In this document: piece after piece, positions 26,403-39,715 of the stretch
How positions within the stretch are numbered: the stretch's first letter is position 1
Layout: every line of letters starts with the position of its first letter
Assembly: GCF_964204865.1 (NCBI RefSeq)
Contig: NC_135254.1
Span: 15,190,001 to 15,254,000, forward strand
From: Styela clava
Taxonomy: Eukaryota
DNA length: 64,000 nt
Reading direction: 5' to 3'
Position numbers and translations under genes: made by a program
Notes under the pieces: generated by a model
Database searches by the model: none
What the model was told of the DNA's origin: nothing
The model's input: the letters and a program-made list of their open reading frames with translations, nothing else

Positions 26403-29400
26403 ATGGTAGGATGCTCAGCACTGAATTGTACCGGAAGATATGAGAAGGGAAAAAGAATGTTCAGGTTTCCAACAGATCTTTCCAGGCGAAAACGATGGTC
26501 AATCAACTGCCGTCGAGATAAATGGTTTCCATCCAAAAATGCTCGTCTGTGCCAGGTGACATTTATGACGTTTTAATCTTGTGTAACCTTTTCACATTTA
26601 TTTAGTTTATATTTCTCATTTAAACGTTACCTAGTCCCTAGTGCATTGTAATTGCCCTAATAAATGTTATAATGGTCGTGTTAACACATTTCACTCCTTT
26701 TTAGGATCATTTTGAGAAATCTCAGTTTGAAGGTCAAAGATTGGATGGCAATACCAAGTTGAAACCAAACGCGATTCCTACCCTATTTGATGTCCCAAAT
26801 TGTCCGAAACTATTAACAAGCCAGCGACGTGTTCTTAAGCGTGCAATGTTAACCGAGGCAAAAAAGATTTCGTGTTCAGGCAGTGAGTAATTTAACAAAA
26901 TTTATGTAGGTAATTTAGTTCTCTCATTAATATTTGTTACATTTCAAAATATTTATAGATATAGCCGAGGAGCATTGCTACTATAGAAAAATAGAAAACG
27001 TTAGCGATGTTCAGTGCAAAGTATTTGTTAAGAATAACGAGATGCTGGAAGATTCTAGGGAAGAAAACAATGAGTTAGATGGAGGAGATACATTAGAACA
27101 GGTTGATGGCGAATGTGTTCAATGCAGAGAGAAAGAACTAGAGATCCGACGCTTAAAAAGACAAGTATGCCCATGTTTTATAATCAGCTGGCAGTTCAAG
27201 AAACAGAACAGACTTATACGGGATATTGGCTACTCCCACCAGGATAACTGAGTCAGGAGTTCTTGAATCTCTAATTAGGTGTAGTTTTCGTGCTTTTAAA
27301 GTGCATAGTAAAAGAATAACATGGTATTCATATACATCACACAGAAAGATGTACATCTCCACATAAGAAGTAAAACTCTTATTAGAAATTTACTGGTTTA
27401 CCCTAATTCAGAATTGTGTTCATATGCGTCTAGATCCATCAGTTGAAGCAAAAAAATAGATAATGTGGAGTTGAGGGTTGGTAGTTTTTTAAACAAAGAT
27501 CAAATGGATGCAATGAAGAATTCATCGGGAAAGCCAGTTATTTGGGAAAATGAGACTGTTTCAACAGCGCTTAAAATTCGGTGTGCAAGGGTGAAATTAT
27601 GATATTTATATTTATACATAGCTGTCATTTTCTTCATACATATAAAGCAGTTTATTTTCTATGGTCTTTGAACTGGACTGTCTTCGAAAAATAATGCTAT
27701 ATCAGAATGGTTATATTGTTTAATTTTTTCTTTTGAAACAAAGGATAAAACTCGGTATTCGTTTTGCTTTTAGGTACAAATTCCTTTGCAGTCTCGGCTA
27801 TCCATTGCCATCTTACCGCACACTGTGTCGGCGCATTGTCAGTTTAGACTTTGCTCCAGGAATACAGCACACTGTGTTGGAATGGATGCAATAAAAAGGT
27901 GTAAATATGACTGCGACAGAAAAGCTATGTTTTTTGATGCTTGATGAAATTCAAATAGCCAAGGCAGTGGATTTTGATCCCGGACTGCATCGTCTTATCG
28001 GATACATTAGTTCCGAATTTTCGACAGCAAAGGAACCTGACGTAGCATCCCATATTATATGTTTCATGGTTAAAGGCATAACAACAAAGTGGAAGCAACT
28101 AATAGGTCAGTAGAAACATAAGATCTTTGTACAAATCCCCGCTCATAATGCAAAAACGGCTTCGTACCAAATATGCGAAATATTGACATAAAAAGAGGAT
28201 TTAATATTTATCGAGTAATTGAGTGTATGTGACAAAATAACATTTTGCTATTTTAGCATATTTTTATACCGGCATGTCCGTAGCCCCATATCAGCTGTGG
28301 GGGATGATTAAACAGATTATATGTCACCTTGGAGAATGCGAATACAAGGTTGTTAATGTGGTTAGTACCATGGCTTCATCCAACCAGGGTATGTGGAAAG
28401 AAGCGGGAGTGATTACAAACAGGTAGAAGTTTGATGTATGTTAGTATTGGCTAAAATGTTACAATATATGGTCATTCATATTTTACACTTATACAGGTTT
28501 CAGATTTCACCATGTGTTGTTCATCCTTCCTATTTTGCTAATGAAAATTTATATTTTATGGCCGATGTGCCTCATCTGCTAAAAAATTTGAGATCTGCTG
28601 TATTAAAATACGATGTGGAACTACCAAAATCAACAGTAGAAAAATATAATTTGCCAACTTCAGTGGTGAGTTTTACTACTTAGTTATCATATTATGTATG
28701 TTTTCGTATGTGATAATATAACACATTTCATTATTTATCTTAAGGTATCCTCAAAATTTTTCCATGCATTGGTGGAGTTGCAAGATGGAAAAGAACTGAA
28801 ACTAGCACCTAAACTTGCGAGAAAAAATGTTAATCCATCACACTACGAAAAAATGCGAGTGAACACCGCCTCGCAGGTAAGTAAATATTCATTCAATTTG
28901 TTAATGATGGGTGTTCGGTACAGCAGTTTCCATCGTTTTATATTTTGGCAGTTACTGAGCCACACCACTGCATCGGCATTGAGAACACTTGTCGCACACA
29001 AAGCTATGGATGAAAATGCTTTGACAACCGCCTTCTTTTGTGAATTCGTGAATAATTGGTTTGATATAACCAATTGTAGACATATGGGAGATGCTCTATT
29101 CGAAAATTCTGAAAAAAAGGTGGAACTCTTATCTGAGGTGAATATTTTTAATTCGGAAATAGTCTGGTTGCTGGGTATTTGGGACGCCGGTTTTTTCCTG
29201 TTGGTGTTTGATCAGAATACCTAATGCTAGTTTGGAGCTTTTTTTAGTAGTAAACAATAAGGCGACAAGGACAAAAAAGAAGTTTATTTGAATTTTTTGA
29301 AACCATGTTTCAGGCATTGAACGTTATACAAAGTATAAAATTCGTGGGGACTGGATGGAAACCTGTGCAGTCTGGCTTGCAATTGTCAACAACCTCAATG

Positions 29401-30297
29401 CTTATATACACAAAAAGTTTGTGATGAATGGAAAACTTATTTTTCTCATGGCAGGAAGGCTTACACAGGATGCCCTGGAAAATTTATTTTCACAAGTACT
29501 AATGAAATATAGGTTTTATTTTAAATGTTATTTCATTGTAAAAGAAGTTTGTAGTATATTTAATTACTTTTCAGGTTCGTGGCAAGGGAGTTCAGCACCC
29601 GAAACCAACGCAATTTCGTGTGGCTGTTAAACTTATATCAGTCTCACAATTCATGACCACTCCGACCACGACAAATTATGACAACGACGACACACCCCAT
29701 TTACTCGAATTCATCAAAACAAATTTAGAAAACCAGCAATTAGACCCTGAAAAAACAACAAGTGAGAACTCCAGTGCAATGGAGGTGTTACTTGGCGCTG
29801 CAACAGCTTCCTTTGACACCTGTGAAGCAGATGCTTTGTATTATTTAACTGGTTGGGCTGTGTACAAGGAAGTAAAAAAACAAGACTGTGAAATTTACAA
29901 AGATGCTTTTGTTACTATGGATATTGTCAATCCCGATGAATGCCCACAATCGCTATTAACTCTTTTTCGGTCTTACACACATGATAAAAATTTGAAAATT
30001 GATAGTTTTACCCAACATTTGTGCCACCCATCCAAAAAAGCAATCTTATTTTTGCGCGAAGTAGAAACAATATTCCGCGCCAATGTTAATGCTTTTTTAT
30101 AATATAAGTTCGCCAGTTACTTTTCTGACAGAGTTGATAGCTCTAAATTTGATTTTCCATCTTGCCGCAATGCCGCTTTCAAAATTTTGAAACGTTTTCT
30201 TAATATAAGATTAAATATACACGCAAAAGAAGTAACAAATAAAATTATTGAAAAACAGTTTGCAAGTAAAGCTGCAGCAAGAGCTCAAGTCAAATAA
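26403..30297 (+). pseudogene. THAP-domain P-element transposase (THAP9-like), ~11 exons, disrupted
   Basis: THAP C2CH finger MVGCSALNC...RFP...RW...LCQ|DHF...NAIPTLF. Catalytic-core motifs LMLDEIQI, MADVPHLLKNLR, YEKMRV, NNWFD and RLTQDALENLFSQ|VRG. In-frame stops (~27892, 30100), a frameshift near 29395, and the SDMG motif reads STMA. Confidence 0.9.
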
Positions 30298-31437
30298 ATT
30301 CGTTTATTATTTTGAACACTCCATATTATTAGAATATTTTGTTATCTTTTTTGATATATCGTCATCCTTCAATGCACGGAGTATATTTTTTACCTTTATT
30401 CCTCGGTTATACGCTGGTTTTATATTTCATTCAATACTCGGTAATATCTAGTAATAAAAAAATCCATTATTCGTTGCAAAATTTATATGGTAAAAGTTCT
30501 GTTTACGTAGTGGTGCTCGCACCATTTTTATAATAAATTGTGTTACTCTTTGTTTAATATTTTTGGGTCGAGTTATCTGAGAAAACATCTGCTGAGAATT
30601 CATTTCAGAATAATATTCATTCGTTTAGGTCCGAATTATAGACGGACGTTTTTTTTTGTTCAACTGTTTGACGATTTTTATTATATAGATATAATAGTTT
30701 GTTTGTAATCTTCATTAGACTCTATCAACTTTTGTAGTTGTTGTACGAGTCTCTAAATTGTATCTGCTGTAAATATTTTTGTGTTAGTGTTTGCATTGTC
30801 TGGTCTATAGTTTATTAGCCTTTCCTATACTTTGCTTTCCTCGCATTTTTATTAGTAAATATTCCGAGATAGTTACATATCCCTAGTTTTACTCTGTGTC
30901 ATAATATCAAATATTTCATATGTCGCAACTACTGTATATATTTGCATCAGCTGTGACTCGTTTGTAGGGTCTATGTATTTTATCCCTCATTTATGTTGCT
31001 CTTTATTTTAACCTGTAACAGCGCTGTAGGTGTCGCAGCTTGGAGACCTTTTCAGGTCGCTCGCGACTCCGGTTACACAAATAGTATAATTAGTACTGTA
31101 TATTTATTCATTGTATCAGTTTTATTTGAACTTGTTTCTGTGATGACAAATAAACAATTGATTGGTCGCAGCGTTAAATCACTTGGGGATCATATACAGC
31201 GATGGAAATTTGGACCCAAAATGGCGGGTGTGACGTCACACAAGCGCTTATAACGTTACCAATGCATGTCCTCACTTGGGTTATAGTCACTTTGGAGTAA
31301 CTGAAGACGCTCACGTGTCTTCGACGTAAATAAAGTATGCACGAATCATAATACAGTAATACCGGTATGTTTGATCGAAACATGATGAATCGTATCTTGC
31401 AGTTTATTTTCCCCTTAAAATAACCAAGGCGAGAAGA

Positions 31438-31783
31438 GCGCGGTGGTGTGGCTCAACGGGCTAAGCGTTAGGAATACGCTCGCCACCGCACCTCTAATCA
31501 CTCTGCGTGGGTTCGCAGGTTCGAATCCCATGCAGGGATGGTTATGTGCGAGAGGATTGCTGGACTCCTCGCCGTCGTTGGGTGGTTCACGTAACCGCTG
31601 GTCGGTTACGGCTTCCTCCACCACCAAGTCCATGCTTCCGAAAACAAACAATACAGTAAAACTAATCCCATATACCCGACTTGGAATGGTAACCGGACGA
31701 GAGGCCGTGGTTCGCCATATGGATAAGCCGTCTTATCGGCTTTCCTCTCCCCCGGGATAAATATGTAAAATCATATCATATCC
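31438..31783 (+). mobile_element. tRNA-derived SINE, copy 2
   Basis: TGGCTCAACGGGCTAAG A-box and GGTTCGAATCCC B-box, the same body as the 21983 copy, and an ATCAT-repeat tail. Confidence 0.85.
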
Positions 31784-32111
31784 AGAGTCGCATTAAATCG
31801 GAGCAAGATCCGCATGCGGCTCGCCACCCCTGTACTACCGTACTGTACCAGCGACAGTAAACGGATTGGGTTTTAGTTTTTTTAGTGATAGTCGAAGTTT
31901 TTCCAAGAAATTTAGAAATAGGGTTTGCATATTTATTCGGGGCAGAGTAAAGACGATATGACAGTGATATCCTTGGTTTTTATGAGTGCCATTCAAAGAA
32001 AATGTTTAAAGGTGTTATACAAATTTATATTTCAGATGTTCCTATATTTTTATACTATAGTGTGTGTGAAATTGTTCAGCATTTGATCAGACATTCGACA
32101 AACGTCTGGAA

Positions 32112-33035
32112 ATGCCAGATAAAAAGATTACCTCGGATGTCACGAAAACCTTCAGATATGAGCATTTGGTTGCAGGTTTGAGCGGAGGAGTTACATCAAC
32201 ATTGGTGCTGCATCCACTCGATTTAATAAAAATCCGATTCGCAGTTACAGATGGACTAACTTCACGACCCAAATATAAAAGCTTGTGGCATTGTGGAACT
32301 ACAGTTTGGAAATTGGGTGGAATCCGAGGATTATACAGCGGAGTAACCCCAAATATTGTTGGAAATGGCCTCAGTTGGGGACTGTATTTTTTTTACTATA
32401 ATACATTTAAAGTGTTATTAGGAGATGGGTCGGCAAATCCCCATTTAACGGTTCCTAAATATCTTTTGTGTGGATGTATTTCGGGCTCCATGACCCTTGC
32501 CCTTACTAATCCAATCTGGATTACAAAAACCCGACTTTGTCTTGAATATGAAACACAAAATCAGCGGTATCGTGGAATGACCCATGCTCTAACTGTTTTA
32601 TATAAGGAGGATGGTTTCAAAGGTTTGTATAAAGGTTTCGTTCCTGGCTTAGTCGGGACATCACATGGGGCAGTACAATTCCTTGTCTATGAGAATTTGA
32701 AACATTGGTACAGGGATAAGCATGGCCATGGCGTGGATTATAAAATGGGTGCTATGGAATGTATTTTGATGTCTGCAGTTTCAAAAATGATTGCAGCAAG
32801 TTCAACTTATCCGTATCAAGTTGTTCGTGCAAGGTTACAGGATCAACACCAAAGATATAATGGTGTTATTGACGTTGTCAAAAAAACATGGAAAAATGAG
32901 ACATGGAGAGGATTTTATAAAGGTCTTGGAGCAAACTTGTTGCGTGTTACACCTGCTTGTTGTATAACGTTTTATATGTATGAAAGCGTATCACATTATT
33001 TGATACATGGTTCTACAGCCAACAAATCGTCATAA
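32112..33035 (+). CDS. SLC25A32: Mitochondrial folate/FAD carrier, 307 aa, intronless CDS
   Basis: Three mitochondrial-carrier repeats (HPLDLIKIRF, NPIWITKTRL, YPYQVVRARLQDQH). YEHLVAGLSGGV...SWGLYFF and the Trp in the second signature are characteristic of the SLC25A32/FLX1 subfamily. Confidence 0.9.
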   Translation: MPDKKITSDVTKTFRYEHLVAGLSGGVTSTLVLHPLDLIKIRFAVTDGLTSRPKYKSLWHCGTTVWKLGGIRGLYSGVTPNIVGNGLSWGLYFFYYNTFKVLLGDGSANPHLTVPKYLLCGCISGSMTLALTNPIWITKTRLCLEYETQNQRYRGMTHALTVLYKEDGFKGLYKGFVPGLVGTSHGAVQFLVYENLKHWYRDKHGHGVDYKMGAMECILMSAVSKMIAASSTYPYQVVRARLQDQHQRYNGVIDVVKKTWKNETWRGFYKGLGANLLRVTPACCITFYMYESVSHYLIHGSTANKSS

Positions 33036-33735
33036 AATGATGAAATTTTTGGTGCAATCGTAACTTCTTACAATACTGTTCTAATTTATTAATTCTAATT
33101 TATTCACTACAAAATTACTTCAATTTTTTGTTTTTTTAATTCAATAAATTTAATTTTCGATAGCACAATTATTGAGTTCAATCTTATTACAATAATCGTT
33201 TCTGTATTGGACAATCTTTTTATTCCGTGCTCCATAAGGGGCTTTCTATGCTAAATATATACAGCTGCAGTGTGATGAATATGGCATGTTTGCTTCACTC
33301 ATAACCATTGTGGTTTTGCCAACAACTACACCAATTTTTCAATAAATTGTTATGACTGATTCTGGAAGTGAATATTAAACAATCATATTATGATAGGATT
33401 TAGAAACTCTATATTTGAATAATATTTATTGTTATTGATATGATTTATCCTCTTCAAAGCAAACTTAACAAATCAAAGTTAGATGAAAAATTCTTTATTT
33501 AAACCGTATATATGAAATTGCATAGTAGGCCTACATATTTAGCTAGTTTTTAATGTAACTGATAAATTTTAATTATCTTATATGATTATCAGCGTCTTCA
33601 CAAATAATGTGACATTTCATATTCACCATGAAGACCAACCACCCTAGACAAAATATCTCTCCATTGTTTTACCACTGTTCTTCATATTGTTAGGCTTATG
33701 GTTGTTGAATAAGTTTGTAATGCTGCAAAGTGGCA

Positions 33736-36700
33736 ATGCATCCATCAGGTTTACTCATATTGACAACTCATATATCATCACTATGTAAAGGTGATGCTGT
33801 GGCAAGAATACTGACCAATGTTGGAAAATTTGTGAAATCGACTCTGTATGTTCACTTGATCAATGTTCATGGTAGTACAAGCATCAATAAAGATTCTAGT
33901 TTCACCGTATCCAACTTACTTCATTCAACTGGTTCTCGCCCTCTAACACCACATACCTTCAATGCAGATGTTCTGCCATTTGTGACAAAATTTTATTCAC
34001 AATGTGCATTACACTGTGGACATCTTGATGTCAATGTACTTCTTCACAATATTGGAGAAAGTTCTTCGCACCCTCAACCTCTACCAAAACCAATAAATTG
34101 CATTCTGGTGGATTTGCCAAAAAGCAGTGATGAAGTGGAAGACACACTTAGGACATATGTTGATTCAACTTATTCCAACCGCAAAGATGAAGCAGGTGCT
34201 ACCTCACAAGGCACTTCAGTAGATCCAGTTGAAAAGATGCCTGTTTACACTTTCAACCTCACAGATAGTGATGTAAAATGCGACAAGTCCGATGAAAATG
34301 TAGGAAAAACATCTACCATAATAAAAAGAGAAGCGGTTGTATTGGGTGGTACGTTTGATCACTTGCATTCTGGACACAAAGTTTTACTTAGTGAAGCAAT
34401 CCTAATGGCAAGCAGGAAGATTGTTATAGGTGAGGCATTTTATGATGTCACAATCATGGTGGTGAGTGTTTAATAGGGCTATTTTTCAGAAATGCATCAA
34501 TATGCCTTCTGTCTTTATCCACTATGTTATTAATGGAGTTTGCCTCTGAAGTCTGAATTTATTTAAATAACATGTTCAGTCGAATATTTGTATGTGGTTG
34601 GAGTGTTGAATAATCATATTGTAGTTTATTAAAAGCTTCAATTTTTATATTGTAGGACTTTCAGATGGACCACTTCTTGCAAGAAAAACTTTGAAAGATC
34701 TCATTCAGCCCATATCTTTACGAAAGAGACTTCTTGAAGAATTTATATTATCTGTTGCAAGGTTTGGGATTTTTTACTTGAAATTTGAAATATTTATCCC
34801 TGAAATTAGATATTTTGGCCATTTGGCATCTGAAGATCTTACCACTACATGCTTATTTAAACTAAAGTAACTGTAGAAATAGTGAGCCAGTTGAAACAAT
34901 GCTAATCTTGACCTTTCTGCACTATAAAGTTACCTATGCACTATTGATATACAGTGATTGCTGCATAGAATATATAGAATATGACCACAATTAGATCAAT
35001 ACTCTCTTTTTGAAAATATTTTTTCTTACTAAACTTGTTCAATTTTCAGTCATCCCTGATTGTAGTTTTTTTATGAATTATAATAAAAATATACCATTAC
35101 TGATTTTTATATTTGATGTCGATTTATAGTGTTAATACTCAAGTAGACACCAGAGTCAATAATGTAAAGTAGTAATTTTATTGTATAAAAAGACCACAGT
35201 AATATTTGGCTTGATCATGGATTCCACTTTCTGTCATCAAGTTGTCTAGGATAAATGGTAAATATTTTATACTGAAGTTACCTGAAAAGATGATTCATCA
35301 ATTCTTCTCTTTGTTTTCAGGCCTGGTATTGAACTTATTATAGAGAGCATCAATGACCCTTATGGCCCATCCATCGTTGATCCAGATCTTCAAATGATAG
35401 TAGTCAGTGGAGAAACGGAAAAAGGTGGTCATATGGTTAATGATAAAAGAAGAGAAAGAGAATTGTCTATATTGGATGTACATATCATTGGACAAGGTAA
35501 AATATTTCTATTATTATAAAAAAAAACTTTCGTTCACAAACTCTTGGTGCTAAGTTGAGCTATAATGATGCTCACTCTTTAATGGAAGCAAATCAAATCT
35601 ACTGGATAAAATCTGGTAACTCGCAGTGGTGTCTTTACCGAACTTGTGACTTGCGAAATGGAAATCAGTAATTCAACTTGAATAAGATTTAGAATTTGTC
35701 TAAAACTTGTTAAAATTTCACTATGTATCAAAATTTTATGCATTGATATTTGCTAATCAATTACAAGTTGATTTAATCAATATTTTACTAGAATTTTCCT
35801 TATGCATGAAATTATGATTGTATTTTACAGGTACATTACTCGAGGACTCTACATCTGATACTATTCCTTTCGAAGAGAACAAAGCAAGTTCTTCGAGTGC
35901 TAGATTTCGTCTTCTTGGTACATTGCTGAAGCCTAGCAAAGATTTATCTCTTGATTTTATTCCAACTTCAAAGATGCCAATTATTCCTTACATAATCGGC
36001 CTCACAGGCGGAATAGCTGCAGGGAAATCATCTGTGGCTAAAAGAATGGAAGAAATGGGGGCTATAATCATCGACTGCGATAAATTAGGACATAAATCTT
36101 ATATTCCTGGTTCTAATGCGTACACTGCAATTGTTGAACATTTTGGAAAAAATATTGTATCTGATATAGATAATGTGATTGATAGAAGAAAGCTTGGTGC
36201 GAAGGTTTTTGCAGACAAATCTCAACTTAATTTTCTCAACTCGGTAGTCTGGCCAGAAATCGAGCGCCTGTGCAAGCAAGAAATTTCTAATCATATGCAA
36301 GAATTGATAAGTGTGAGTATTTTTTTTTTTGTTGAACTTTTTGCAAGGTCATAAAATTAGAGTGGTAAGCAGGGGTGAAGGTCATCATGATTGTATCTAG
36401 CATAAAATTCGAAAATTGAGTAATTTTTATACACATTTCTAGAAAATTTCTCGGTATTTAACCAGATTAGATTATTTTTTTTTAGTTTAATTTGTTTATT
36501 AGGCCAAAGATGTATCAAAGCCTGTTCAAGTTTTTGTTTTGGACGCTGCCATTTTATTGGAAGCTGGTTGGGATGGTTTTGTACATGAAGTCTGGGCAGT
36601 AAATGTACCTGTGGAAGAAGCAATCCAACGAATCATTGAACGTAATAATATTTCTGAGGAAGATGCAAGGAAGAGAATTAATTCACAGTCAACAAATGAA

Positions 36701-37251
36701 TGGAGAACAGAGAGAGCTAATGTCGTTTTGAGTACGCTTTGGGATCCAGCAGTAACACAGAAACTGGTATATTTGTTTTACCTTCCACAAGTGTGCCCAT
36801 AAAACAAAGACTTGAGTACAAAACAGAAATAAGTATTTGGTACCCTGTTCATCTCCATTTAATCACACTTATAATAATCAACAACCACAGACTCAAAATT
36901 ATTATAATAATTATTAAAAAAATTAAATATTAAATTAAGTAATTATTTGATCACGAAAGTTGATTGATTACTTAATCCTTATAAAAATGTGTTTTAAAAT
37001 AAAAAGGATCTTTCCACAAAGAAAACTAGTACTAGTTTCAAGGTGATAATATGGTGTGTTTTCACGCTTCATTTGCCCACCTCTGTCTAGAATTAAAAAT
37101 GGAATTATTGTGTCCAACTAACGCTGATCTCATATTTATTTAGATTGAGAAGTCATGGGATTTGCTTGGACAAAGGCTTAATAAAAGGACTTCGAAAGCG
37201 AATCTGTGTAATATGGCATCATCTGTAGGAGATAAGAGTCACAAGCTCTAA
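33736..37251 (+). CDS. COASY: Bifunctional coenzyme A synthase (PPAT + dephospho-CoA kinase), 6 coding exons
   Basis: Exons 33736-34429, 34656-34761, 35321-35496, 35831-36312, 36503-36766 and 37144-37251 join in frame. PPAT motifs: VLGGTFDHLHSGHK (HxGH), DPYGPS, VVSGET. DPCK motifs: P-loop IGLTGGIAAGKS, DAAILLEAGW. Confidence 0.93.
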
Positions 37252-37883
37252 TGTGCATGGTGCAGTATCATTTTCTTGTTGCACCATTTGTTTGTTTTGC
37301 TTCATCTTTTGAGAAGCTTATAGTTTTGTGCAACCGATAAACTCTAACTCTTCCTTAAACACTTTATTGTTGCCATCAGTAGTGGGTATTACCCAGTGAC
37401 TGATGTAAGTAAATTTAATTATGTGAAGTTGATTTCGTATTAATCCTATTATAACTGTGCAACATTTTTCGTTAAACATAAAAATTAAGCTAAAAATTAG
37501 TCTAAATATATATTTTAGTTTACTTGTAAAGTTTGTGGTTATGCTTTGGACTTCGATATATTTCAAAATAGTGTGATTGGTTCCGGTTTGACATTATTAT
37601 AGACAATATGTTAAATTGTGATCAGGTGTACATTATTACACAATGTTAATAAGTGTTATTGTTGTTTAAATTCCGTTAGTTATGTTTAATTACATTCTAT
37701 GCAAAATAATTATTGTAATTGTGTTTTGGGATTGGATTTATTTTGTGGGAGACGAAATCTGCTTAAGTGAAGCTAAGTGTGATGCGCAAACCGGCTTTCT
37801 TTTTTATTGGACCACAATATAGTTTAAAAGGACAGAGTACTCAAATTTTTCAACTTCCAATAACATGGTGAACATAGTTACTT

Positions 37884-38187
37884 TCGTTACACGCATGAAT
37901 ATAGAAATATTCAGGTAATAAATATTGAGGAGCCACAGGTGAGAACAGCCATATTAAATTACAAGATTCTTAAAAATTGTTTGCTCGTTACACGCATGAA
38001 TAAAGAAATATTCAGGTAATAAATATTGAGGAGCCACAGGTGAGAACGGCCATATTAAATTACAAGATTCTTAAAAATTGTTTGCTCGTTACACGCATGA
38101 ATAAAGAAATATTCAGGTAATAAATATTGAAGAGCCACAGGTGAGAACAGCCATATTAAATTACAAGATTCTTAAAAATTGTTTGCT
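37884..38187. repeat. Tandem repeat, 3 x 101 bp
   Basis: Unit TCGTTACACGCATGAAT...CTTAAAAATTGTTTGC starts at 37884, 37985 and 38086. The units are nearly identical and have no spacers. Confidence 0.95.
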
Positions 38188-39715
38188 GAAAATAATAGAA
38201 GCCACCAGGAATCCGCAGACGTTTGAATGCGGGTAGTGAGTTTCCAGTAGCGTTGTGGTTCGAAACTGATTTTGGAAATATTGCACAACCACCCCGCGAT
38301 TTTTCGTTTCAATTCAGAAAGCACACACATGAACTTAATAACGAAAGGTACAATAATTTGAAATATTAAAGCGTAGGCTCGACTTGTAAACAGGAGCCTA
38401 TTGAGGCGCAAATGTTTGTAGGCACTTGGACTATTTTCAAAACATATCATGCTAAGTAGTCATAATTTAGCACTCGATCAGTAATGAATATTGAAAATAC
38501 CTTATTCAATTTTAAAATTAGATGACACGGAACATTCCTAATAATAATATTTTTTGTATATAGGACACCAAAGTTTAGATTCGTAGGGCATCTAAAGGCC
38601 GCGATCCGGCCCTGTTTGGCCAAAGCTCGAATATCTCCTTCATGACTTAATACAAAAATGAATTACAATACAATCGAATTTTTTTAATTTCTGATTGTAT
38701 TCTGTAACGCTCGTTAGCTCTCGCTTACCCTTTCTGTCAATGCTATCCAAATTTGGCTGACCCTCTTCTGTTAGCTTCTTTTTATTTCTCCTTGCTGACT
38801 CTTTGCCTCTGCAAAGAGATGTCAAAGACTTATCTTGACAAGATAAGTGATCTAATGATCAAGCTATGACTGCGATCCATAAATAATTCGATTCTCATAT
38901 CTTACACTGTTCAAATTGATAATGATACCCCATTATAACTAAACGTACTTAAATATAACTTCACAATCCTTTAAAACTTTTGTGGTAACGTAAAATGCTC
39001 AAATTCAACAGCTCTTGTTAACAGAATCTAGCTGCCCCACTTCTCTGTCTATCAGGAGGACTTTCGCACGTATGGAAATTGAATCGCTGAGTCACTTTGG
39101 CTGTTCCGCGATTTTCTCACATATTTTGAATTGTTTATAACCAGGGTATACATTACTACATTCTCTTTTTCGTTTCTAAAATTTGGTTTTATCGTGATAG
39201 AATGATATGATATAAACCCATCCAAAATAAGTTATTTATAATATAACTTTCAATATTCCATCCCATATTAATATCACTAATTTCTATAGATTTAATTAAG
39301 CGATGAACCTAATCCTACCCCCTGAACTGGGGTCAGTGGACTCAGAAAACACTTCAATTACCACCATAAGTAGTGTCGGTATTTGTCTGTATGTCTGTTA
39401 GATGAACGCGATATCTCAAGAAGGCGAGGTTGAATCTGCTCCAAATTGCATGTGCATTCATCATATCTCGGACCATAAGCTTATTGATTTTGGATGAATT
39501 ATGTCGTATAATTAACGAGTTACTAATTAATTAGTGATGGGACACGCGGTGTCACTATAGAGTCATGGATCTCAAAGTCCTTATATACCTAAGTTGCGCA
39601 ACAATGGAAATTGGCCGCCATTTTCGATCATAATCGCTACGTCGTCTTTCGTGCGTACCGGCGGTTCTGTCTGTTGTACCTGATTCGCGTTCAGGCTGCT
39701 ACTGTGTGCTGTAAA

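Larger units (their letters stand above)
21453..31294 (+). mobile_element. P-superfamily (THAP9-like) DNA transposon, 9842 bp, with nested insertions (element P1)
   Basis: 12-bp TIR CAAAGTGACTAT (21453) / ATAGTCACTTTG (ends 31294). 8-bp TSD GAGTAACT at 21445-21452 and 31295-31302. Subterminal inverted CGCCATT(C/T)TGGGTCC. Contains a THAP-transposase gene. Confidence 0.92.

Noticed and set aside
26403-30297. Domesticated THAP9 host gene
   Set aside because: It lies within TIRs and a TSD, and carries stops, a frameshift and a lost catalytic Asp. It is a decayed transposon gene.
37884-38187. CRISPR-like array
   Set aside because: The units are contiguous 101-bp copies with no unique spacers, the context is eukaryotic, and there are no cas genes.
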